Sequence record: ON000910.1
Reading direction: 5' to 3' (one strand)
DNA: 64,000 bases
Below are positions 15,395 through 23,547 of this stretch, one piece after another. Positions within the stretch are counted from its first letter, which is position 1; every line of letters starts with the position of its first letter. The translations under genes were made by a program, and so were the position numbers. The notes under the pieces are model-generated. The model saw only the letters and a program-made list of their open reading frames with translations. It ran no database searches and was not told the origin of the DNA.

Positions 15395-16021
15395 ATGAAA
15401 GATTTAGACATCGTACGTAAAGCACTTGCAACTAACGAGTCACCTAAGCGTCGTAACTTCCGCAAAGCAGTAATTCAATTGCTTGAAAAGCGTGACTTGA
15501 CAGTTGCAGAGATTGTATATTCACTTAATGGTGGTGAATATGATGAGCGTCTTCGTCGTCGTGTTCAAGCTAACGTTCAGAATGCACCTGAAATCATGGT
15601 CACTCGATTCGAAACGTTCGGTCACACCGAGATTCCTGTATACACGTTGAAAGGTGACGGTAAATTAGAAGTACTCATGCCAAAACGCGAGTCGCCACGT
15701 AAGCCTGTATTAGGGATGGAATCTCTATTGACACGTGTTCTCAATCTTGGTCTGGGGCGTGCAGTAGCTGTTGCGGGTCCACAAGCGGTTGATGCATTTA
15801 AAAAGCTTGAACCGAAACAGCAAGCTCGTTATATTTCAACGCTTGCATTGTCAGATCACGCACGTTCTATTCTTACGCTTGTACATAGCGCGAACTTGTC
15901 AAAAGAGCAGTTGAAAGAACTGAACGTTAAACAACTTGTTCGTCAGAATGCATCGTATGTTGTAGCGAAACTACACGGTTCAACTGCGTTTTTCGACAAT
16001 ATCAAATCAGTATACGGTTAA
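15395..16021 (+). CDS. Hypothetical early protein with possible N-terminal winged helix-turn-helix (208 aa)
   Basis: AVIQLLEKRDLTVAEIVYSL...VYTL pattern; GAGAG RBS; followed by a terminator. Confidence 0.65.
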   Translation: MKDLDIVRKALATNESPKRRNFRKAVIQLLEKRDLTVAEIVYSLNGGEYDERLRRRVQANVQNAPEIMVTRFETFGHTEIPVYTLKGDGKLEVLMPKRESPRKPVLGMESLLTRVLNLGLGRAVAVAGPQAVDAFKKLEPKQQARYISTLALSDHARSILTLVHSANLSKEQLKELNVKQLVRQNASYVVAKLHGSTAFFDNIKSVYG

Positions 16022-16033
16022 ATTAAGCAATTT

Positions 16034-16061
16034 AAAAGGGTGACTTCGGTCGCCCTTTTTT
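16034..16061 (+). terminator. Intrinsic terminator
   Basis: AAGGGTGAC-TTCG-GTCGCCCTT with UUCG loop and T run. Confidence 0.88.
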
Positions 16062-16069
16062 CGTTTGCG

Positions 16070-16077
16070 TCTAAATA
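16070..16077 (+). promoter_or_regulatory. Late promoter variant TCTAAATA
   Basis: About 22 bp upstream of ORF 16100, just after a terminator. Confidence 0.65.
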
Positions 16078-16099
16078 ATAGTAAACAAAGGGGTTAACA

Positions 16100-16693
16100 A
16101 TGATAGAATTTTTAACAGAAATGGACAAAGCTAAACAAACCGGTAGATGGGCTCAATTTAAAGCAGCAACATCGGGTTCGAAAGGTGAAGTTAAAAAGCG
16201 TATGCAGCGCAAAGGTGGCTTCTGGGGTGTGTTTGCAGGTTTGATCGCGAGTGCGACAGCATCGGGTGAACTTAGAAAGCACAATAAGTCACTAGAAGAC
16301 CATAAGCTAAGAATGGAGCGTGCAGCAGTGAACACAATTCACAGTCTGAATGTTCTTAAAGACGTAATCGAGCTTGAACGTCCTCGTGACGAAGTAATGA
16401 AAGCTGCAAAGCGTTTAAAGCTTGATAACATGGAAATGAAGAAATACGCAACCGAAATGATTCGTGTCGTAGATGAATACAAGCGTGTTCATGACGAAGA
16501 TAAGCAGGCAGGTGCGTTTCGTTTTAATGTGAAAGAATACGACCGTCATGATTTTCGTGAGATTTACCATCACTTGAACATGATTGAAGATAGCACATTT
16601 TACGTCGATAAAGCAGCGTCATCGGCTATGACTGGCGATACTGAATACGCAATTCGTATGATTCGCAATATTACAAACGCAGCAACGAGGTAA
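16100..16693 (+). CDS. Hypothetical late protein, candidate internal head protein
   Basis: Leader MIEFLTE fits a gp21 (L/I)xE site; basic N-terminal region; late promoter. Confidence 0.65.
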   Translation: MIEFLTEMDKAKQTGRWAQFKAATSGSKGEVKKRMQRKGGFWGVFAGLIASATASGELRKHNKSLEDHKLRMERAAVNTIHSLNVLKDVIELERPRDEVMKAAKRLKLDNMEMKKYATEMIRVVDEYKRVHDEDKQAGAFRFNVKEYDRHDFREIYHHLNMIEDSTFYVDKAASSAMTGDTEYAIRMIRNITNAATR

Positions 16694-16695
16694 TA

Positions 16696-17616
16696 ATGAG
16701 CATAATTTTTGAACGCGCTACATTGAAAACTCGAAAAGGTAGTGCAGTAAAACGCAGCAAGTGGGGCGTGGGTAAAGACATTGGCGGTTCATTATATGTT
16801 CACATTGACTATATCCCAGATGAGTTCAAGCAAATGGTTGCTGATGCTCGTACTCAAGTATCAATTGCAAACTCACAATTTACTCCGAATGTAGTACGAA
16901 TTGACTACAAGAAAGGTGGAGTTGCTTTCTACGATTCAGTTGAATTTGATACTGTACAAGAACCAGCCGCGGGTATGATGATTACTTACAGAGACGGTGT
17001 TGTTTCCAAACCACGTCAAGTAAACCAAATATGGCATCACAAATGGTTGTGGGTTGGTGATGATTATAGAGGGTTTGATACTTCTCAGTCATATGACCGC
17101 TCGGCTCAGTGGCTAGATCATGACGATATCCCATTTGCCAAGATCGGTAATAAGAAGACATGGCGTGAATGGTTATCTTCAGTTAACTTGACTGAGGCAT
17201 TTGACCGACCATCTAAAATACACTGGGTTGAGAAGAGAATTCACAGTTGGGGTGGTACGTTTACGGTAAACGGGGACGAATACGCGATTGCAATACAGTA
17301 TCAAGAACAAAACGATGCATGGGAACTTGTGTTCTTAGGTATGAACAGTTCGGGTGATTATACTTACAGCGCAACAGGTCGAGGCAATATGTATGGTGTG
17401 TTTGCGACAGTAATGAGCGGTATGCGTGAATTTATAGACGAGCGAGAGCCAGAAACAATTTATTTCAGTGCAGAGCGAGATATAAAAAACGACAGTGATT
17501 CGAGAATAAAACTATACAATCGTTTAGTAAAACGATATGCTGATACATTACCGAATTACACATATAAAACGGTCGAAGGGAAAGTCTCGACTAAAACATA
17601 TTTCATTAGAAAATAA
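16696..17616 (+). CDS. Two-domain hypothetical late protein, candidate processed internal head protein
   Basis: 306 aa; internal VNLTE|AFD site separates two domains (see findings). Confidence 0.7.
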   Translation: MSIIFERATLKTRKGSAVKRSKWGVGKDIGGSLYVHIDYIPDEFKQMVADARTQVSIANSQFTPNVVRIDYKKGGVAFYDSVEFDTVQEPAAGMMITYRDGVVSKPRQVNQIWHHKWLWVGDDYRGFDTSQSYDRSAQWLDHDDIPFAKIGNKKTWREWLSSVNLTEAFDRPSKIHWVEKRIHSWGGTFTVNGDEYAIAIQYQEQNDAWELVFLGMNSSGDYTYSATGRGNMYGVFATVMSGMREFIDEREPETIYFSAERDIKNDSDSRIKLYNRLVKRYADTLPNYTYKTVEGKVSTKTYFIRK

Positions 17617-17623
17617 GAGAGCA

Positions 17624-17678
17624 ATGAAAACATTTCAAGATTTTCATGAATTCAGCAGATTTCGTACCTGCTTGATAA
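17624..17678 (+). pseudogene. Remnant of an internal-protein-like gene
   Basis: GAGAG RBS and MKTFQDFHE, then in the +1 frame SADFVPA-TGA-TAA ending just before a terminator. Confidence 0.45.
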
Positions 17679-17680
17679 TT

Positions 17681-17706
17681 AAAAAGCGCATTTTTGCGCT
17701 TTTTTT
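17681..17706 (+). terminator. Intrinsic terminator
   Basis: AAAAAGCGCA-TTTT-TGCGCTTTTT followed by Ts. Confidence 0.85.
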
Positions 17707-17717
17707 GTATCTATTGG

Positions 17718-17746
17718 TTGACGACAACACCAAAAAGCCGTAATAT
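17718..17746 (+). promoter_or_regulatory. Sigma70-like early promoter
   Basis: TTGACG-N17-TAATAT. Confidence 0.65.
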
Positions 17747-17788
17747 CTCTATCAACGAAACGAATCGTCCATTACAAGAGAGAACATT

Positions 17789-18973
17789 ATGACTTCACTA
17801 AACAAATTCGAAAACACTTACACAATCAAATCAATCTACATGAGCGAGTTTGAAGCGCGTATTGCATCTACTAACAAGATTGCAAAACGTCTCGGTGTTG
17901 CTGAAATTACATTTGAGTTCGGTGAAGTGTACTCAAAAGTCATTATTATCAATCACCAAAAGCATCGTGAATACTACGTTGATGTTACTATTCGCGGTGA
18001 ATACCCGTCAACTAAAGGTTGGTCTTTCTTGACTCAACTTGACCACGCGACAAATCTTATTCGTTCAAACAACGAAACAAATCACCGTCATCTTCTAGGC
18101 GACACAACATGCGATCACTGTAACTCTAATCGTCAACGCAATGTAACTTACGTCATTCAGAATGAAGAGACTAAAGAAGAAATGCGCGTCGGTGGTTCAT
18201 GCTTGAAATACTACTTGCCGACTAAATCTATCGACTCACTAGCGACGTTCTACACTGCAATCGCTGATTTCGGTGATGAAGAGTCTTGGGGTGGCGGTTC
18301 TCGTAAAATTTCATATAACGCGCTTCAGATTCTTGCTTGGGCTGCTATGTATGTTGAACACAAAGGTTGTTATCACGGTGGCGGTGTGACTCGTCAATGG
18401 GTTCTTGACATGATTAATGCAGGTACACCTGCACTTCGTACCGAACGCGATGCAATGTTAGATGAATATGATTACGACAATTGTGAAGAGCAAGCAAAAG
18501 AGATTTTAGAATGGGTTGCAACTCAAGAAGCGACTAACGATTTCATGCATAACGTCATCGCGTCTTGTTCTGCACCATTCATCGAGTACAAACAAACTGG
18601 TTACATTGCAGCGGCTATCTTAGCTTTCAACAAAGCAAAAGAGCGCGAGATTCTAGCTAAACGCGAAGCTGAACGTAAAGCAGATTTGCCAGAATCTGAG
18701 TACGTCGGTACTATCAAAAAACGCGAGAACTTTAATGTCACTCTTGAAGCGGTTATCGTTTCTGAAGGCTACTACGGTGACACGTTCATTCACAAGTTTC
18801 GCGATGAACAAAACAATCTAATCGTGTGGTTTGGTTCAAAGCGTCTACGTGATAACGACGGCGAAGCGATTGAGAAAGGCGTTTCAGTAACTGTAAAAGC
18901 GACTGTAAAAGCGCACGAAGAGTTTCGCGACGAAAAACAGACAATCGTACAGCGTGTAGCGTTCGTCGCTTAG
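17789..18973 (+). CDS. Hypothetical early protein with Zn-binding motif and probable C-terminal OB fold
   Basis: CDHC...R.R...VGGSCL and C-terminal YVGT..KR...KFRD...N.IVWF...VKATVK.H.EF.DEKQT.V.R. Confidence 0.75.
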   Translation: MTSLNKFENTYTIKSIYMSEFEARIASTNKIAKRLGVAEITFEFGEVYSKVIIINHQKHREYYVDVTIRGEYPSTKGWSFLTQLDHATNLIRSNNETNHRHLLGDTTCDHCNSNRQRNVTYVIQNEETKEEMRVGGSCLKYYLPTKSIDSLATFYTAIADFGDEESWGGGSRKISYNALQILAWAAMYVEHKGCYHGGGVTRQWVLDMINAGTPALRTERDAMLDEYDYDNCEEQAKEILEWVATQEATNDFMHNVIASCSAPFIEYKQTGYIAAAILAFNKAKEREILAKREAERKADLPESEYVGTIKKRENFNVTLEAVIVSEGYYGDTFIHKFRDEQNNLIVWFGSKRLRDNDGEAIEKGVSVTVKATVKAHEEFRDEKQTIVQRVAFVA

Positions 18974-18999
18974 AAACGCATACAGCTCGATTTAGAGAC

Positions 19000-19031
19000 A
19001 AAAAAAGCCCGCTAAGTGCGGGCTTTTTTTT
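19000..19031. terminator. Bidirectional terminator
   Basis: A run, GCCCGC-TAAGT-GCGGGC stem, T run, between convergent genes. Confidence 0.85.
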
Positions 19032-19368
19032 ATTCGGGAGCAGGTGTAGTAACAGTCCACGCGATTCGGAAGAATCGGCTATTGGTATGTTCTCTGCAAA
19101 GTGTAGTTGTTGAATCAACCGCGCCTGCAAGAATGTCAACGCATTCTTGAGACAGACCAGTAATTGAACTCAACGGACTAGCAGTTTCAATCGCAGCTTT
19201 AAGCTCTTCATAAGTTTGCTTGTCTACGATAATGTAAGATTCGCCTGAGTGATTAAGCACAGACGTTGTTACATCATCATACCCACTTTTCGCAGCGTCT
19301 GCCGCTGCTACAGTCGCATCATCAAGTTCGACTGCAAGGTTCATATCAGTATAGATTGGTGTTGTCAT
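19030..19368 (-). CDS. Hypothetical late protein (112 aa)
   Basis: AGGAA RBS; co-transcribed downstream of inh paralogue 2. Confidence 0.65.
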   Translation of the reverse strand: MTTPIYTDMNLAVELDDATVAAADAAKSGYDDVTTSVLNHSGESYIIVDKQTYEELKAAIETASPLSSITGLSQECVDILAGAVDSTTTLCREHTNSRFFRIAWTVTTPAPE

Positions 19369-19376
19369 TTCAGTTC

Positions 19377-19874
19377 CTATTTAATTGTGATGAATTGACT
19401 ATTGCGAGTTTCACGCACTAGCACCTTGCCGTCTTTCTCGACATAATGCAAGATTGATTTAACTACGCGAAGATCTGATGCAAGTACATCATCAAGCGAA
19501 CCATCCCCTGCGATAATAGCTTCCGCAGATGTAACCGCGCTATCAGAAGCAGTCATGAAAAATTCACGACCACGACGGAATGGCAATGGCATTGGTTCAA
19601 ATGATTCATCGATTGGTAGTTCTACTTTATCAACGACTTCAGTTTTCACTTCAGAAATTTCTTTAATTTCTTTGGTTTCATCTTTCGTCTCTACAAGAAG
19701 TTCTTCCCATGGTAGTTGTTTCAATGGCGTTTTACCTTCAGCTTCTTCTACAAGCTTCTTAGCCATTGCGCCTTTTGATTTACGACGGTCAAGTTCGATG
19801 CCGTAATATTCTTTTGCAAACTCGTCTAGTTTTTCTTTAGTTAACGACTCTGCGTGTTTTTTCAATTGACTCAT
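19377..19874 (-). CDS. inh: Prohead protease inhibitor Inh, paralogue 2
   Basis: KEKLDEFAKEYYGIELDRRKSKGAM, FEPM.LP, SILHYVEKDGKVLVRETRNSQF; late promoter at 19905-19912. Confidence 0.8.
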   Translation of the reverse strand: MSQLKKHAESLTKEKLDEFAKEYYGIELDRRKSKGAMAKKLVEEAEGKTPLKQLPWEELLVETKDETKEIKEISEVKTEVVDKVELPIDESFEPMPLPFRRGREFFMTASDSAVTSAEAIIAGDGSLDDVLASDLRVVKSILHYVEKDGKVLVRETRNSQFITIK

Positions 19875-19904
19875 TGTGAATCTCCAAATTTAATCATTCG
19901 TTTA

Positions 19905-19945
19905 TATTTAGACAGGTTGACTTATATTATTTAGTCTTGTACAGT
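19905..19945. promoter_or_regulatory. Back-to-back late promoter (TCTAAATA, -) and early promoter (TTGACT-N17-TACAGT, +)
   Basis: Minus 19905-19912; plus -35 at 19917-19922 and -10 at 19940-19945. Confidence 0.7.
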
Positions 19946-19969
19946 ATAGGTTCACATTGGAGAATAAAA

Positions 19970-21067
19970 ATGAAAGCGAAAATGAACTTGATGCAAAAAT
20001 ACATTGTCGGGGGTGCAGTACGCGACTCCATACTGAAGCACGTAGATGGTTGGGCTAGCTTCCCGAAAGATATTGATTACGTCGTCACTGGTTGTACACA
20101 CGAACAAATGATGTCTATGTACGGTGAACCAATCGGCGTTGATTTCCCTGTTTGGCTCGATAAAGACAACAATGAAGTCGCGCTTGCTCGTGTAGAGCGT
20201 AGCACTGGCAGTAAAACCACTGACTTCACTTTCACAACTGAAGGTGTCACGTTAGAAGATGACTTATCACGACGAGATCTGACTATCAACTCAATGGCTA
20301 TACCTGACATGACGCCAAATAGTCTGTTTATGTTTGGTTCGACTGATGATGTCATTGACCCGTACGGCGGTCTAGATGACTTGAAGAACAAGATTCTTCG
20401 TCATACAACTGAAGCGTTTGCCGAAGACCCGTTACGTGTTCTGCGCGTCGCTCGTTTCTATGCTCGATACTACAGCATGGGATTTACAGTCGCAGAAGAA
20501 ACGATTGAGCTATGCAAGAAAATGATCAATAACGGTATGCTTGACAATCTACCGAAAGAACGTGTTTGGTTAGAGACTCAAAAAGCACTATCAGAGAAAG
20601 ACGCGCACATGTACTTTGTGTTTCTAAGTCAGGTTGGGTTCTCACCGAGACCAACTGTACATGAGCTTCAATCGCTTCGACACTTCAGACGAATGGCGTT
20701 TCACTGTGAAGATGTTCAGTTGATGGCAAAATGGGCTGCGTTAAACCGCCGCCAACGTTTCGGCTCATACTTCGGTGAAACTAAGCAATTCAGAAAGGCA
20801 TCTCAGATGCTAATGGAGCTGGAATATGCAAGTGTATTCGATGAAACAATCATTTTAATTCTTGAGAAAATAGGCGCATACAAAGGACATCTACCATTTC
20901 AAGTTGCACTTTCCCAGATAACAGATGAAGTTAAACGAAATGTAATCACTGAAATAATCGACTTGACTCGAAATGTCAAAGTTGACGTTGAACCGGGTCC
21001 AGCATACGGCGAAGCTCTAACAGATGAACGTGTTAATATAGCCTACAAATATTTGCATAGTCTATAA
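19970..21067 (+). CDS. cca: tRNA nucleotidyltransferase (CCA-adding enzyme, class II)
   Basis: YIVGGAVRD, DIDYVV, ALARVER, DL.RRDLTINSMA, DPYGG..DL....LRH....F.EDPLRVLRVARF; start trimmed to 19970 (GGAG RBS). Confidence 0.95.
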   Translation: MKAKMNLMQKYIVGGAVRDSILKHVDGWASFPKDIDYVVTGCTHEQMMSMYGEPIGVDFPVWLDKDNNEVALARVERSTGSKTTDFTFTTEGVTLEDDLSRRDLTINSMAIPDMTPNSLFMFGSTDDVIDPYGGLDDLKNKILRHTTEAFAEDPLRVLRVARFYARYYSMGFTVAEETIELCKKMINNGMLDNLPKERVWLETQKALSEKDAHMYFVFLSQVGFSPRPTVHELQSLRHFRRMAFHCEDVQLMAKWAALNRRQRFGSYFGETKQFRKASQMLMELEYASVFDETIILILEKIGAYKGHLPFQVALSQITDEVKRNVITEIIDLTRNVKVDVEPGPAYGEALTDERVNIAYKYLHSL

Positions 21068-21071
21068 ACGC

Positions 21072-21102
21072 AAAAAGGGAGCTGATTGGCTCCCTTTCTT
21101 TT
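21072..21102. terminator. Terminator between cca and the homing endonuclease
   Basis: AAAGGGAGC-TGATTG-GCTCCCTTT flanked by A and T runs. Confidence 0.8.
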
Positions 21103-21115
21103 ATCTTGAAATCAA

Positions 21116-21844
21116 TTAAAGCCAACATACCGTTGGCATTCTTTCAACTTCAATATACTTGTTCTTCCCTTGTCCCCACGAAACAACAATATGAGAAGTT
21201 CTATCTTTCTTAATACCCATTCGTTGCATTCTACTAAGCACAGTACCTCTATTAATCGGTAAAGATTCTAAACCATCATAGCTGACAATTTCTTCGCCAG
21301 TTTCCGTATTTCTAAGAATCCATATCATATACGCTGTATGATTATCTTTCGTACCTGCTTTTCCATTCGTGTATTTCCTCGGCTTACTGCAAGATAATGC
21401 GCGTTTCTTGTTGACTTCTGGGGTGTGAGTTAAATGACGGATATTCTCAAGAGATTTTAAATTGCGTTCTCTATAAACTGGGTCATCGTATAACTGTTTG
21501 ATACTATCTGATATTTGTTTCTTAACATCGTCAGTGAATGTATGTGGGTTGTAACACCCACCAGTCTTCATGTTATAGCATTCTCTACTATTAATCATAT
21601 CTTCTGTAACTATACGAGCTTCTTGCTCATACGCTTCAAAATGAGTATCGTGCAAAGACATGATTTCTTTCGTGAAGTTTTCAATGCCGTATTTTTCATA
21701 AGCACGACGCAATCCAACACCAGAACCCATGTACGAATCTTCTTCAGGTAGACAATCACATGAACGCTTACCATAATAGTAATGACCATTGATGTTATTA
21801 GTTATCTTGTAAATGTAGTTGTAATTCTTTTCTTGTTCTTTCAT
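21116..21844 (-). mobile_element. Free-standing GIY-YIG (Seg-like) homing endonuclease downstream of gene 23
   Basis: YIYKITNNINGHYYYGKRS...YMGSG..L.RAYEKYGIENF.KEI...E...YNMKTGG; start at 21844 (GGAGG RBS). Confidence 0.88.
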
Positions 21845-21886
21845 AATATCCTCCATTTACCATGATTATACACGTTTTTCAGACAT

Positions 21887-21912
21887 AAAAAAAGCTCCCG
21901 AAGGAGCTTTTT
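21887..21912 (-). terminator. Terminator after gene 23
   Basis: Minus strand: AAGCTCC-TTCG-GGAGCTT followed by a T run. Confidence 0.88.
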
Positions 21913-21932
21913 ATTGATTCGTAAAGGATTTC

Positions 21933-23477
21933 TTACAACCCTTTCACAAATACGCGACGGAAATACGCGTTTTTACCCATTGAAGCTGCAACAGGCGCGC
22001 CGTTACCAACTTTTTCAGCAGACTTAGTAGGATCTGCGAATGGGTTAACTTGAATACCGTAACGAGTTTTGAAACCAATTACAGGTTGGAAGTTCTTGCT
22101 GTCTGAACCACGTAGTGGAGTCAGCGGTACGTATGGTGAGTAGAACACACCTGCGTCCATTTCAGTAGAACCTTTGAAACCAACTGTGAAGTAATCGTTC
22201 ACTGCGTATTGGTCGATGAACACTTTGAAGCGACCACCTAGAACACCCGCGAACACAGTTTGATTTGTGTCAGTGTTCATTGAACCGTCTTGCATACCTT
22301 GTGCAGCAGGGCCAACAAGAGTATCAGTCATTGATAGTGCAGAAACTACGTTGCGTGATGCAATGATGAAGTTACCGTTACCACGACCAGTTTGACGACC
22401 GATTTCGTTCGCTTCTTTCTCAATTTGAATTAGTAGAGCTTTGTAAGCTTCACCAGCCCAACGAGCACCTTTAACGTCTACAGCGTCTGCGAAGTCGAAT
22501 ACACCCGCTGCGCCTTGACCTTGAGTCCAACCAGACTTACCGATTTGCGCTTGAGAGTTAACTAGGTTAACGATTTCGCGGTTAAGCTCAACCATAACTT
22601 CGTTAGCAAGAATACCGCTAAGTTCAGCGTCAGCGTCTAGACCGTGTACAGCACGTAGATCTTGTGCAAGCTCGATTGAGTATTGAGCTTTCAATTGACG
22701 TGATTTCGCTTCAACAACTTGTTTGTCGATGCGGAATGACATCTCGTTCCACTCGTTGTTGCTTGAACCGTTGAAGTTCTCTTGTAGTTCAGCCTGAGAT
22801 GTTGCCATACCAGCGTCGATCTCAACTAGAAGACCACCTGCAACTGCGTCAGTGTATTCTGTAGCAGTCATTTCACCTGCAACTGCTAGAGCAACAGCGC
22901 CAAGTGCTAGGAAGTAACGAGTGTCAACGTCGCCACCAGAAGTAGTTACTTCAGCTTTGTACGGAGTACCGTCAGTTGCAGCACCAGTAGTTGGGAAATC
23001 TGCAATTGTTGATGCAGCAGCTTGACCAGAGAACGAAGCGTCAGCTTGACGAGTCGGGTGGAAAGCTTCTTTACCAGTTAGCGGGTCTTTACCGTATACT
23101 GAGCGAAGTGTGAATACTTGGCTAGTTGGGCCAGTCATTGGCTGAACACCAGCGATATCGAATGCGATAAGCTGAGGAATAGCACGACGAACCATACCCA
23201 TTACAGTTGGACCGATGTTTGTTACTGCACCAGTAGTAACACCTTGAGCGATGTTAGACGGATCGTAACCATGGTCACCGTTAACTACAGCTTCGTTTAG
23301 ACCAGCATTGAATGCTTCGATTAGCTGTGGGTCACGGTACATTGGATCGTTGTTGATGTCGCGATCTTGGTTTTCAAAGATTTTCGACATGATTTTTTGC
23401 TTAGTTGCAGTCGCAATCTCTGGCATTTCCGCACCGTCTGCTTCAAGCAATTCTTTCCATTTTTCAGTTAGGTTCAT
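21933..23477 (-). CDS. gp23: Major capsid protein gp23
   Basis: GLNE|AVVNGDHGYD, VMGMVRRAIPQLIAFDIAGVQPMTGPT, KSRQLKAQYSIELAQDLRAVHG, IGFKTRYG. Confidence 0.99.
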   Translation of the reverse strand: MNLTEKWKELLEADGAEMPEIATATKQKIMSKIFENQDRDINNDPMYRDPQLIEAFNAGLNEAVVNGDHGYDPSNIAQGVTTGAVTNIGPTVMGMVRRAIPQLIAFDIAGVQPMTGPTSQVFTLRSVYGKDPLTGKEAFHPTRQADASFSGQAAASTIADFPTTGAATDGTPYKAEVTTSGGDVDTRYFLALGAVALAVAGEMTATEYTDAVAGGLLVEIDAGMATSQAELQENFNGSSNNEWNEMSFRIDKQVVEAKSRQLKAQYSIELAQDLRAVHGLDADAELSGILANEVMVELNREIVNLVNSQAQIGKSGWTQGQGAAGVFDFADAVDVKGARWAGEAYKALLIQIEKEANEIGRQTGRGNGNFIIASRNVVSALSMTDTLVGPAAQGMQDGSMNTDTNQTVFAGVLGGRFKVFIDQYAVNDYFTVGFKGSTEMDAGVFYSPYVPLTPLRGSDSKNFQPVIGFKTRYGIQVNPFADPTKSAEKVGNGAPVAASMGKNAYFRRVFVKGL

Positions 23478-23515
23478 TTGAATGATTCCTTAATTTGTTC
23501 TAAAATTTATAGATG

Positions 23516-23523
23516 TATTTATA
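23516..23523 (-). promoter_or_regulatory. Late promoter TATAAATA (gene 23)
   Basis: Exact T4 late consensus upstream of gene 23. Confidence 0.85.
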
Positions 23524-23547
23524 TAACGCTTTTTGACGTTTTATTGC

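Noticed and set aside
17537-17743. 68-aa ORF in the track
   Set aside because: Overlaps the upstream gene and reads through a terminator and promoter; only the internal MKTFQDFHE start with an RBS is meaningful.
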